Source: Candidatus Latescibacterota bacterium (GTDB lineage Bacteria > Latescibacterota > UBA2968 > UBA8231). From it: DNA of 64,000 nt. The notes beneath the pieces were generated by a model. That model saw only the letters and a list, made by a program, of their open reading frames with translations, had not been told where the DNA came from and did no database searches. Location: assembly GCA_963422735.1 (NCBI GenBank), contig OY730476.1, positions 3,072,001 through 3,136,000 on the forward strand, given 5' to 3'. Shown here piece by piece: positions 13,747 to 23,123 of this stretch (position 1 is the stretch's first letter; each line of letters begins with the position of its first letter). A program made the translations under genes and the position numbers.

Positions 13747-14799
13747 ATGAAAATAACCGAAGTGCAGTCGATTTATCCCCGCTATCGCGTCGCGCCTGCT
13801 GCTTGGCGCCGGCACTTCTGGCAGATGGTCGTACGCATAGATACGGACGTCGGCGTCAGCGGCTGGGGAGCAGGTGGTGGCGGGATTGGTGCCGTAGAGG
13901 TGATTAACCGCCACCTGCGCGAGTTGCTGGTGGGGCGCAGCATCAACAGCACTGAAGATGTCGCCCGTCTCTGGGACGACCAATACAAGGCAAGCTTGCC
14001 CTATGGCCGCAGCGGAATCGCCGTCATGGCCATCAGCGGCGTGGACTTGGCGCTGTGGGATGTCTTGGGCCGGGCAGAAGGAAAGTCCGTCTGCGACTTG
14101 CTGGGTGGTCGGCGGCGGGACGCGGTGCGGGCCTATGCCACAGGCCCAGATTGCGCTTGGTATCGCGACTTGGGCTTTAATGCCCACAAGTCTTCGCAGA
14201 CGCTGGGAGGAAACCAAGCCGCAGACGCGGCGCACATACTTGAGTGGGCCCAGCAGGCGCGTCAAACCTTGGGCGAAGATGCGCTCTTGATGATAGATGC
14301 CTATATGTCGTGGTCGCCCGACTTCGCCTTGGCCGTAGCGCAGCAACTCGCGCCATTCAACATATACTGGTTTGAAGACGTGCTGCTGCCCGACGACTTG
14401 GACAGCTTGGCGGCGTTGCGTCCGCAGATTCAACCCATTTTGTTAGCTGGCGGCGAACACGAATTTACCGTGCGGGATTTCGGTCATATCGCCAGTGCGC
14501 GGGCATTGGACTTGTGGCAACCGGACGTCACTTGGTGTGGCGGTTTGACGGCGACGCTTCGCATTGCCAAGCTCGCTCAAACCCACGGCGTCCCCTTGGT
14601 TCCTCATCGCGGCGGCGAGATTTGGGGTTTGCATTTTTTGGCGGCTGGCTATGGCGACAATTTGGCTGAAATGGTAATGGATATGCGCGGTGAGGTGCGC
14701 GACAAGCTATGGCTGGGTGAACCGCAACCGCAGGAAGGGCACTTGGTACTGCCCGAAGGCCCGGGGTTTGGCGTGCAGGTAAACGAGGAGCTACTCTAG
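13747..14799 (+). CDS. mandelate racemase/enolase superfamily protein (L-rhamnonate dehydratase-like)
   Basis: AISGVDLALWD, WFED, AGGEHE, QPDV.WCGG, PGFG. Confidence 0.88.
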   Translation: MKITEVQSIYPRYRVAPAAWRRHFWQMVVRIDTDVGVSGWGAGGGGIGAVEVINRHLRELLVGRSINSTEDVARLWDDQYKASLPYGRSGIAVMAISGVDLALWDVLGRAEGKSVCDLLGGRRRDAVRAYATGPDCAWYRDLGFNAHKSSQTLGGNQAADAAHILEWAQQARQTLGEDALLMIDAYMSWSPDFALAVAQQLAPFNIYWFEDVLLPDDLDSLAALRPQIQPILLAGGEHEFTVRDFGHIASARALDLWQPDVTWCGGLTATLRIAKLAQTHGVPLVPHRGGEIWGLHFLAAGYGDNLAEMVMDMRGEVRDKLWLGEPQPQEGHLVLPEGPGFGVQVNEELL

Positions 14800-14845
14800 T
14801 TTTCTCTAAGCGGCCTATCGTCGGGAGTCCTGCCACAGTGAACCC

Positions 14846-15433
14846 CTACTCTTTAACCGCCAGAGATAATAGGTACGTCCCCCGCTGTTTGATCTTTTTG
14901 TAGTTGCCGAAGACTTCCTTGAAATTGCGCTTGATGTACTCCTTTAGTCCGGCAATGGTGACGACCCACAGGTGCCCGCCCGGTTTGAGGCGGGCGCAGG
15001 CGTCGTGCATGATGAGCGTCAGGAGTTCGTTGCCTATTTTCGCGGGCAAATTGGAGGCGATGGTGTCAAAGCGCATGTGTGCGGGCACGTGGCTGAAGGC
15101 ATTACTCAAGTAGGTGCGACAATTGGTTAGCCCGTTGCGTTCGGCGTTTTGCGCCGCGTAGGCGATGGCGACGAAGTCCTTGTCGATTAGATGGACTTCG
15201 CCCTCGGAGCAGAGGTGGCCCAACATCAAGCCGATTGGACCATATCCGCATCCTAAGTCGAGGCAGCGGTCGGCAGGCCCGGCTTTGATATGATCGATGA
15301 GCAGCCGCGTACCTGGGTCAATGCGTTTGGGGTTGAAAAGGCCCCAAGTGGAGCAAAAGGTAAAAGTGCGCCCCCTGAGGGTCTCTTCAAATACGATGTC
15401 TTCGCACAGGCGGCTTATATCTCTAGCAGGCAT
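14846..15433 (-). CDS. class I SAM-dependent methyltransferase (RsmC/MTS-like)
   Basis: ID.GTRLL, LDLGCGYGPIG, SNLP. Confidence 0.88.
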   Translation of the reverse strand: MPARDISRLCEDIVFEETLRGRTFTFCSTWGLFNPKRIDPGTRLLIDHIKAGPADRCLDLGCGYGPIGLMLGHLCSEGEVHLIDKDFVAIAYAAQNAERNGLTNCRTYLSNAFSHVPAHMRFDTIASNLPAKIGNELLTLIMHDACARLKPGGHLWVVTIAGLKEYIKRNFKEVFGNYKKIKQRGTYLLSLAVKE

Positions 15434-15448
15434 CGAGCGCGGCTAAGC

Positions 15449-17473
15449 TTAGTAGGCCAAGCCCAACGGCTGCTGGTGGCGGAAAGTTTTGAATTCCGAC
15501 TTGATGGCTATTTCCACTAGATACAACCCCGGTTCCAACAGCTCGCCGCCCGGGCCACGGCCGTCCCATTGCACGGTTTGAGGCCCGGCCCCCTGCATTC
15601 CGATTTCGCGACCGCCGACCCGGACACCGCGTAAGTCGTAGATGTTGAAGGCCACGGGCACCGGGGCGGGCAAGCGGAACAAGGTGTAGCTGATGGCTAG
15701 CACATCGTTGGCACCGTCTCCGTTGGGGGTCAATACCTTGCTCGAAAAAGCTAGATTTTCGATGGGTGCCCCGGCCTCTTGTGCGTCACCTAAAACCCGC
15801 AGGCTGTTGGTGTTGACCTCGTCGGTGGCGTTGCCGGCTTCAATCTGCTGCGGAAGGCTCTCTCCGCTCGTGTCAAAAACCTCGCCAGCGAACGTGTTGG
15901 CAAAGATGAAAACCTCTGTGCCGAAGACCAGCCGCACCAGATCGTTGCGGCTATGCGTGACGGCCTGCGGCAGATGCACTACCAGTTCGTTGTTTCCTTC
16001 TATCACCTCGGTCGGTTCTAGTACTTGGAGTGGCTGGCCCATCTCTAGCCGTTTGAACCGGGGGCGGCTGCCCGTGCGGATCCGGATCGTATCGAAGCCC
16101 GGCTGGCTCGCCGCGTCGAACTGGGTACGCACATCGTAGGTAAAGTCCGTCATCTCGCCTAAGTACACCTCGGTTAGGCCGCCGTCGGGCGTTGGCTCGT
16201 CAAAGCGGGCGACCTCGCCTATGACTTGCGAGGCCAACGGAGGTGCAATCTCAACCCACAGCGAGTCGAGCCGCACGAAGTCGAAGAAGGAACTGCTCTC
16301 GAAGGTGAGTCTTACTTGGATATGGTTGCCGCGCTCTAGCGGGGCGGGCTGCCCAGACTTAGCGATGGGAAAAGACCAGAAGGTCCAGCTGTCTTGGTCG
16401 TAAACGATTGAGGCTCTGAGGCCGGGCTTGCCCTCTTGGATCTGGCCGCCGGTAGTCTGGTCTGGTTGCTTGAGTTCTTTCTCGAAACGCTCGCGAGAGA
16501 CCGTCCGCTCGGCACCGGTGTCGGTAAACTCGTGATAGATGTTGGGGTCGTCGTCGCGGCCAGAGCGCACGGAGATCGCAAGTTGGGCTTGGGCGTCGTC
16601 AACGGGAGTAGGGACGCCATCGACCATTCGCATGGGAGTGGCGTCCCAGAATAGACGCCCGAAGTTCACCGTGCGGTCTAGGGAGATGATCTTAGAAAGA
16701 TAAAATACCCGCTTGGGCACCCCTTCGCCCTTGAGTTCGAACTCGCCGATGGTTCCCTGCTGGACATTGGCTTGGCCTGAGGCAAAGGCTTTGTCGTCGA
16801 TGGATGGCTTGCGTTGCAGGCGTATGAAACGCACGTACTGCTTAGGAAAGTCGAGTTGGACATTGGCGTCGAAATTGAGCGGCACATCGGCGACTAGCTT
16901 CTCTAAGCGGTGATAGTCGTTATCGTTGTTCTCTAGGTTGAGGACCGGGTCGAACTCTTCGGTGATCGAGACTTCAAATGCCTTGAAGATATCGTCGCGC
17001 AGCAGCGTTCCGTCGGCGCGGAACCCGTGCGGCGGCGTGTAGAATCCAACCACGTCGGCTGGCACGGGTACCCCCACGTCGAAAGTGTACCACTCCGAGT
17101 TGATGCCGCGTGCCACCGGCGGGCTATAAGAAGAGCTGTCGCCATCGACCCACTCGGTCGTCAGGGTTCCGGCCGTGAACCAATAGAAGCCGTTGGCCGC
17201 ACGCCAGACCCGCGGAATGAGGCCGTCTTCGTAACCCAAATCGGTGGGAAACTTGAAGGGCGACCAAGAAGGGAGTTTGGAAAGGATGTTTTCGTCGCCG
17301 TCGAAATAGGTCGGTGCTATTGAGCCGGGAAAGGTCTCGAAGTCGATAAAGACTTCGCTACTGTCATTCAGGCTCCAAGCTAAGCCTTGGCCGCCTAGTT
17401 TCCACTGCGAAATCTGGGCGGCCGCCGGTGCCGTAGTCAGCGCGAGCGCGATGAGAATGGACCATCTATGCAC
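15449..17473 (-). CDS. secreted protein with C-terminal FlgD-Ig domain
   Basis: GTG at 17473 preceded by GAGGAG; signal peptide ending AAA-Q; TPNGDG.ND, IYDLRG, WDGR, PGLY. Confidence 0.8.
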   Translation of the reverse strand: MHRWSILIALALTTAPAAAQISQWKLGGQGLAWSLNDSSEVFIDFETFPGSIAPTYFDGDENILSKLPSWSPFKFPTDLGYEDGLIPRVWRAANGFYWFTAGTLTTEWVDGDSSSYSPPVARGINSEWYTFDVGVPVPADVVGFYTPPHGFRADGTLLRDDIFKAFEVSITEEFDPVLNLENNDNDYHRLEKLVADVPLNFDANVQLDFPKQYVRFIRLQRKPSIDDKAFASGQANVQQGTIGEFELKGEGVPKRVFYLSKIISLDRTVNFGRLFWDATPMRMVDGVPTPVDDAQAQLAISVRSGRDDDPNIYHEFTDTGAERTVSRERFEKELKQPDQTTGGQIQEGKPGLRASIVYDQDSWTFWSFPIAKSGQPAPLERGNHIQVRLTFESSSFFDFVRLDSLWVEIAPPLASQVIGEVARFDEPTPDGGLTEVYLGEMTDFTYDVRTQFDAASQPGFDTIRIRTGSRPRFKRLEMGQPLQVLEPTEVIEGNNELVVHLPQAVTHSRNDLVRLVFGTEVFIFANTFAGEVFDTSGESLPQQIEAGNATDEVNTNSLRVLGDAQEAGAPIENLAFSSKVLTPNGDGANDVLAISYTLFRLPAPVPVAFNIYDLRGVRVGGREIGMQGAGPQTVQWDGRGPGGELLEPGLYLVEIAIKSEFKTFRHQQPLGLAY

Positions 17474-17615
17474 TGTTTCGCTCCTCGGTCCAGTCGCCGA
17501 GTTTGCCAGCGACTCTTTTACGCAGTCCAAGTTTTCACTTAATCTATACGGCTCGTATCTTAAGCTCAAGCCGGCAGGCGACATAGAAAGTACACGGAAC
17601 CATCCATTTTGCACC

Positions 17616-17840
17616 ATGACCAATGAAACAACATGCGGACCTCTAAGGTGGCTCCGCGGCGATATGCACAACCACTGCGAAGATCACGCCTTGGTCGCCG
17701 AGCGTTTGGAAGGGGTGTACAACACACTCGATTTTATAGCTCTAACCAACCACGCGCAAAAGCCCGTATTCTTTGAGTAACACCGCATGCTCGAGCAAGC
17801 ACGCCGCATTCTGCCGGGGTTTCCCATCCAACCCGCCTAA
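17616..17840 (+). pseudogene. truncated PHP-domain protein
   Basis: WLRGDMHNH and DFIALTNH PHP motifs; in-frame TAA at 17778-17780; similarity lost after about 70 codons. Confidence 0.7.
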
Positions 17841-17843
17841 ACA

Positions 17844-18106
17844 TCATATGACAAGAGATACGCGGCTGGCCGGTAAATCATTATTGTCCGAGGGGTATTT
17901 GAAGTAGAGACCCAAAAAGGTCTCCGGACTTATTCGATCGTCTCTTATGGTGACTATGTTATTATCGTAAGTTATTATCGTAAAGCCGCCGCTCAATGAA
18001 AATCACTTCGGCTAAAGCGGATGAACCCGGAGGCCCTGCGGGCCAGCTAAGCCTTCGCAAGCGAAGGTCCCCGACACCAAAGCCAAGTAAACAAAAACAG
18101 CCGCAT
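17844..18106 (-). pseudogene. degraded lipoprotein with short Gly-X-Y linker
   Basis: AGGAG SD and ATG at 18106; correcting two -1 frameshifts and removing a 13-bp duplication gives MRLFLF.LALVSGTFAC-EGLAGPQGPPGSSALAEVIFIERRLYDNNIVTIRDD... Confidence 0.55.
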
Positions 18107-18205
18107 AACTGCGCTCCTTTTTATGTGATCATTATGAAGAAATCGCCCATTTTTGCAGACAACCTCAAAGACAATTAGGTTGCAATACCTTATAAGGGGA
18201 TTTCC

Positions 18206-20530
18206 ATGCTTGCCTACCTTTTCTGTATGCTTCTCGCGAGTTCCGCGCTCCACGCAGACGGCCATTACCCGCCCGGCCAGATTCACTTAACGCCCAAGAT
18301 CGACCTCCACCTCGAACCAACGCCTATTGAGGGCCTCCCCGACCGCACCCTCAACCTCCCGCCCGGCTTTAAGGTCAAACTCTTCTCCGACCAAGTAGAT
18401 AAAGCCCGCTTTATGACTTGGGACGACCAAGGCGTCCTGCACGTGGCGAACATGAAGACTCGCGGAAGGAATCAATGGAGCCCGGCCTCCGGTCGCCAAA
18501 GCACGGTGTTAGCCTTGCCCGACAAAGATGGAGACGGTCGCGCTGATACCGCGTACAAGGCTGCTGATGACTTTCACTGGCCCCACAGCGTCGCCTTCTA
18601 CGAGGGAGCACTTTTCGTCGCAGACGACGATGCGATTTATCGCCTTGAAGACCGCGATGCGGATGGCTTCTATGAGCAACGCACCGTCTTCGCCGAGGTG
18701 CCTGGCTTTATGGGTCGTGCCTCTGAGCACGTAACCCATACGCTGGTTTTCGACGAGTCCAATGGCAAGCTCTACTTCCACATTGGTTCAAGTTGCGATT
18801 TGTGCCGCGAAGACGATCTGGAACGGTCCACGGTCATACAGATGAACACCGATGGCACAGGTCGGCGGATTTTTGCCTCCGGGCTGCGCAATGCCATCGG
18901 CCTCGACTTGCACCCGGTCACCGGCGAGCTGTGGGGTGCTGGCAACGGGCACGACCGCGAGGGCCGAGACCTGCCGCCGGAGTGGATCACTCCCATCCGC
19001 GATGGCGGCTTCTATGGCTGGCCCTTGGCTTATGCCTATCAGGTCTGGACTGATTTCTCCATTGGAGCGTATCGACGGGCGCTCTTCCCGCTGACCGATG
19101 CTGATTCGCTGTTGGTTGCCAGCATGGAGCGTCCGGCGGCTCTCGTCCCCGCCCATTTGGCACCCATGGCGCTGCATTTTTACGAGCACGACCAGTTCCC
19201 TTCCCAGTACAAACACGCCGCGTTTGTCGCCTTCCGTGCGGGCGTCTTGGGCAACGATCCGGGCTACAAGGTCATGGCACTCTTTGCCGAGCCGGATGGG
19301 TCCAGCGCCCGCATCGCCGACTTTCTCACCGGCTTCCGTCTCAATCCCAACGAAAAGGCCGTGTGGGGTAAGCCTGTCGGGCTGATTACCGACGAGGCCG
19401 GTCGCCTCTACATGACCAGCGATGATCTCACCCAAGCGGTCTTCCGCATTGAAGCTAGCCCCCTCCAAGGCACGTGGGAAAATCCCCCGCCCGATACTTT
19501 GCTCGTCGGTGCTGCGCTGGTGCTGCGTTCGACGATTCGCCTCCGGCGGCAGGTAGCAGACGCGGAGCTAGCCCGACTGACGGCCAATCTGGCTGCGCTG
19601 GGTGGTCTCGAGGCCTTGCCTTTGCAACGAATAGACGACCAGACCTATCGCCTCGAAGCTGACCTCTCAGCCGGCGAGCACAATGGCCACAAAAAACTGG
19701 TGGTGCATCTCGCCCAAGGCGACGAGGAGACCAAACTGGTGCATTCTATCGTCGTGCTGCCCGGAGAGGATCAAATCCTCTTTGCCGACGAGTTCACTTG
19801 GGATCAAGGCGCACTCTACAGCGCACAACTCGACCCGACCCATACCGATACCGTCTTCGCCGGCCAGCAGGCGATGCGAGTAGAAGCCCGGGGTTTTTCC
19901 ATCGAGTTTCTACCCCGCGAGCCGGTCGCCAACGTCGGCTACGTCGCGTTGCGCTTGGCCCTGCATCCCGGCGCAGCCGTTGGCAGCCTCCGGCCCTCCT
20001 TGGCTTGGGTTGTCAACGGCGATACCGATAATCGGCTGGATATGACGGATCAATTGGACTGGGGGCTGGACCAATGGCAGGTGATTGAGATCGGATTGGA
20101 CAAGCTGGCTTTCGATGGCCCCATCGAATCGATGCGCTTCATCGGCTCCCTGCGCGGAACTTTCTATCTCGACGATATTTACTTGGTCGCTGCCCAGTCC
20201 TCTGAAGGTATTACGGCTGTGCGGGAGGAAGGAGACCAACGAGATGCGCCGCGAGAATTTGCCCTAGAGCCGAACTATCCCAATCCGTTCAATAGCTCCA
20301 CAACCATCCGCTATCGCATCGAAGAGCCGGGCCGGGTGCGCTTGGAAATTTTCGACGTACAGGGCCAGAAGGTGAAGGCGATTACCGACGGCCATGCAGG
20401 ACCGGGCGTTTACCAAGTTGAATGGGATGGGACGGACGCCAGCGGAAAACCTGTGGCTACGGGCGTCTATCTAGCGCGCCTACAGAAGGGCAGCGCCTCA
20501 TTAGTCCACAAGATGCTGTTGCTCAAGTAG
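18206..20530 (+). CDS. PQQ-dependent sugar (glucose/sorbosone) dehydrogenase family protein with C-terminal FlgD/T9SS-like domain
   Basis: signal peptide, LPPGF, GSSCDLC.E, ASGLRNAIG, FYGWP, GKPVG; NYPNPFN...WDG.D..G..VATGVY. Confidence 0.85.
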   Translation: MLAYLFCMLLASSALHADGHYPPGQIHLTPKIDLHLEPTPIEGLPDRTLNLPPGFKVKLFSDQVDKARFMTWDDQGVLHVANMKTRGRNQWSPASGRQSTVLALPDKDGDGRADTAYKAADDFHWPHSVAFYEGALFVADDDAIYRLEDRDADGFYEQRTVFAEVPGFMGRASEHVTHTLVFDESNGKLYFHIGSSCDLCREDDLERSTVIQMNTDGTGRRIFASGLRNAIGLDLHPVTGELWGAGNGHDREGRDLPPEWITPIRDGGFYGWPLAYAYQVWTDFSIGAYRRALFPLTDADSLLVASMERPAALVPAHLAPMALHFYEHDQFPSQYKHAAFVAFRAGVLGNDPGYKVMALFAEPDGSSARIADFLTGFRLNPNEKAVWGKPVGLITDEAGRLYMTSDDLTQAVFRIEASPLQGTWENPPPDTLLVGAALVLRSTIRLRRQVADAELARLTANLAALGGLEALPLQRIDDQTYRLEADLSAGEHNGHKKLVVHLAQGDEETKLVHSIVVLPGEDQILFADEFTWDQGALYSAQLDPTHTDTVFAGQQAMRVEARGFSIEFLPREPVANVGYVALRLALHPGAAVGSLRPSLAWVVNGDTDNRLDMTDQLDWGLDQWQVIEIGLDKLAFDGPIESMRFIGSLRGTFYLDDIYLVAAQSSEGITAVREEGDQRDAPREFALEPNYPNPFNSSTTIRYRIEEPGRVRLEIFDVQGQKVKAITDGHAGPGVYQVEWDGTDASGKPVATGVYLARLQKGSASLVHKMLLLK

Positions 20531-20532
20531 TC

Positions 20533-20967
20533 GTGCAGCACCTCAACCTCCCGGCCGCGGCTTTTGACATCCGCCAAATCGAAGGCAAGCGCGAGATACT
20601 CGACCCTTTGCGCCGCAAGTACGTGCGATTGACGCCCGAGGAATGGGTGCGGCAGCACTTGGTGCAATACCTAATATCAGACTTGGGCTACCCGCGTGGG
20701 TTGACGGCCATTGAGAAAAGCATTGACCTCCACGGCAAGCGGTTTCGCGCCGATGTCATCGTCCACGACCGCGCGGGTTGTGCCGTGCTAATGGCCGAGT
20801 GCAAAGAGCCGGACGTTCCTATCAGCCATCAGACCTTCGACCAAGTTGCCGCTTACAATCGCGTGGTTCAGGCCCGCTGTCTTTTGGTCACCAATGGCTT
20901 GGTCCACTATTGCTATGTCGCTGATCGCGGCTTCCTCGACCGGATGCCGCGTTACGACGAGCTGTGA
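20533..20967 (+). CDS. stand-alone type I restriction enzyme HsdR N-terminal domain protein (HSDR_N_2)
   Basis: RRKYV.LTPEEWVRQ, RADV, ECK, Q..AYN, TNG; GTG start at 20533. Confidence 0.85.
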   Translation: MQHLNLPAAAFDIRQIEGKREILDPLRRKYVRLTPEEWVRQHLVQYLISDLGYPRGLTAIEKSIDLHGKRFRADVIVHDRAGCAVLMAECKEPDVPISHQTFDQVAAYNRVVQARCLLVTNGLVHYCYVADRGFLDRMPRYDEL

Positions 20968-20975
20968 ACGCTTCT

Positions 20976-22187
20976 CTAGCCAGCCCCCGCGCTCCAGAAA
21001 TCCGACACCTCCCCATCCCGCGCGATCATCCTCTCCAACGCCGATAAGTTCCGCATCACGCACCGCGGATGGTGATAGTGCTCTTTTCGGGATACGTGGT
21101 CGGTATAATTCACCTTCCGGTCTCCGCCATACAAATACAACGGGTATCCATACTGCTTGAGCGAAAACCGCTCTTCTACACAATCGAAAATTCGTCCAAA
21201 CCACTCCGCTGCCCACTCCAACCCAGCGTGTTCCAACAGAATCAGACAGCCTATCAACGCCTCTTCCTGCAACCAGAGCACCTTGTCGAAGGTATAGGTT
21301 CCGTGTACGTGCATCGCACGGAAAAGCCCGCCATAGACGTCGTCCCAAGCCACTTCGAGATGGCGGCGGAAGCGCGTGGCGGCCAGATCAAAGAGCGCGC
21401 GATCTCTGCGGCGCATTGCTTCGGGCAGCAGCATCCACAGCGTCTCGATTGCGTGGCCTAAGTAGATAAAGTCCTCGTTGGGGTCGTCGGGCCGTCTGTA
21501 ATCATAGTCCAATGCCTCGTTCATCAGGCGGTACTCGGGATGCCAGAAGCGATGGACAATCGCATCGACGACTCGGTCGGAGAGTGCTTCCAACTTGGGG
21601 TCGTCAACCTGTTCAAGTAGTTGTGTCAATACCAAGACTAGCACCATCTGGTTGCCTAGTATCCGCATCCCAGAATAGTTATGTGGGATATACCTTTCCT
21701 CTGCGAAGCGCTCGGGATCGTCAAAAAAAGAAACCGACCGCCAGAGGCTAGCGATGGCGGTTTCGAGGGCCTCTGCGTCGCCGGTTGCCCGGGCGTAGGC
21801 CTGTAGTCCCTCGGCGACGAAAAGGCCCTCGTAGCCTCGCTTCGTAGCCGGCGAGACGACCCGCCCCTTCCGATCCAACGCCGTTACCCAATCGCCTGCT
21901 TGGTCTCGGCCATGAGCGAGGAGAAAGTCGCGTACCTTGCGCGCCACCTGTAAGTGTTCCTCCCCGCCAAAGTGCTGGTACAGATAGGAGTATGTCCACA
22001 GGCCGCGACCCTGATACCAGATGTTTTTGCTGTCTTCTACGCGAGTGCCGTCGTGATCTAGGGCGCAGATAAACCCGCCCAACTCGTGATCTATGCCGTA
22101 CTTGTCCCAAAAGGGCAGATACTCTTCGAAGAGGTAATGCCGATAGTGGTCCCTGAGAGCGATCAGGCTTTTCCCCGCTATATCCAC
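20976..22187 (-). CDS. AGE family epimerase (N-acylglucosamine 2-epimerase-like)
   Basis: PFW...GID.E.GG, WYQGR.LW, GHAIE.LW, WD..YGG, W.QEE, HHPR; GTG start with GGAGGAGG SD. Confidence 0.88.
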   Translation of the reverse strand: MDIAGKSLIALRDHYRHYLFEEYLPFWDKYGIDHELGGFICALDHDGTRVEDSKNIWYQGRGLWTYSYLYQHFGGEEHLQVARKVRDFLLAHGRDQAGDWVTALDRKGRVVSPATKRGYEGLFVAEGLQAYARATGDAEALETAIASLWRSVSFFDDPERFAEERYIPHNYSGMRILGNQMVLVLVLTQLLEQVDDPKLEALSDRVVDAIVHRFWHPEYRLMNEALDYDYRRPDDPNEDFIYLGHAIETLWMLLPEAMRRRDRALFDLAATRFRRHLEVAWDDVYGGLFRAMHVHGTYTFDKVLWLQEEALIGCLILLEHAGLEWAAEWFGRIFDCVEERFSLKQYGYPLYLYGGDRKVNYTDHVSRKEHYHHPRCVMRNLSALERMIARDGEVSDFWSAGAG

Positions 22188-22203
22188 GCTGTCCTCCTCC
22201 AAG

Positions 22204-23100
22204 TTAATCCAAGTCGAGTTTGGGGCGGCCTTGGCCATCGATGTGCAAAGAAGCCCGCGTCTCCCCCTTTTCGTCGTAAAAGTCCAGCCGAGGGTTCCCG
22301 CCGGTCGGTAAGCCTAACCCTGCGCGGAAACGCTGTTCCTCGTCGAGGACCCCAAGCCAAGCGATTCCCTCTTCCAGTACCCCGACGATGGTGCGCGTGT
22401 GGCTGTCTTGATCGTGCATTTCAAGCAAGGTCATGCCATCGGCCCGCACGCTCAGTGTGGCACGCACCTCGCCTTGGGCATCGCAGAGCTTGAGCGAAGG
22501 CACTTCTTCGTCTTCGAGGCCGCTCTGCAGCCGCATCCGTCCTTGGGCATCGAAGAAACTCAGCCGCATTGCGCCGGCGTGGCCGCTGCCCAAGCCAGCG
22601 CGAGGCCGCCCGGTCTCGTCGTAAAAGGCCAAACTGCCGGCCCCGTCCTCGCTCAGCGAAAGGCCCGCCCGCACTTCGCCCCGCTCGTCGTAGAGTTCCA
22701 GCAGCGGAGCCTTATCGCTCCCCAGCCGCAAGTCGGCCCGCACTTGTCCTTCTCGGTCGCGCAACTTAAGCCCATTGCTCATCACGGCGGTAATTCCACC
22801 GTCGGCATCCCTCAGCTCCAGCTCGCCGCCATTGGGGCCTTGCACCAATTGAGCCAGTAGTTGGTGCTCGTCGCCGCGCAATACAAAACGCCGTGCCTGC
22901 ACCGTCCCCCCCCGCCAACGCGCGACGAGCAGCCCCAGCGAGACCAGCAGTGCCGCTCCACTGGCTAAACCCACTAGATAGACGACGCGCTCCAACTCCT
23001 CCAAGTCCTTCCTCAACGCATCCTCTTCTATAGGCTGAGCCCCGCCAAACGAGTTGAGCAGGACCAGCAATTGCACCGCCCTTAGCCAATGGATCGACAT
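22204..23100 (-). CDS. membrane-anchored hypothetical protein with about nine 23-aa tandem repeats
   Basis: N-terminal hydrophobic segments, then repeated L.L.D..G..RA.L....DG units. Confidence 0.7.
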   Translation of the reverse strand: MSIHWLRAVQLLVLLNSFGGAQPIEEDALRKDLEELERVVYLVGLASGAALLVSLGLLVARWRGGTVQARRFVLRGDEHQLLAQLVQGPNGGELELRDADGGITAVMSNGLKLRDREGQVRADLRLGSDKAPLLELYDERGEVRAGLSLSEDGAGSLAFYDETGRPRAGLGSGHAGAMRLSFFDAQGRMRLQSGLEDEEVPSLKLCDAQGEVRATLSVRADGMTLLEMHDQDSHTRTIVGVLEEGIAWLGVLDEEQRFRAGLGLPTGGNPRLDFYDEKGETRASLHIDGQGRPKLDLD

Positions 23101-23123
23101 GCCGCAGTTTTCCGTTTCAGGCC

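Noticed and set aside
18005-18088. Multi-hairpin segment resembling a riboswitch or ncRNA (GGCCC/GGGCC, CCTTCGC/GCGAAGG)
   Set aside because: No riboswitch consensus I know fits, and the minus strand is better explained as the coding start of a decayed lipoprotein. An Rfam scan would settle it.
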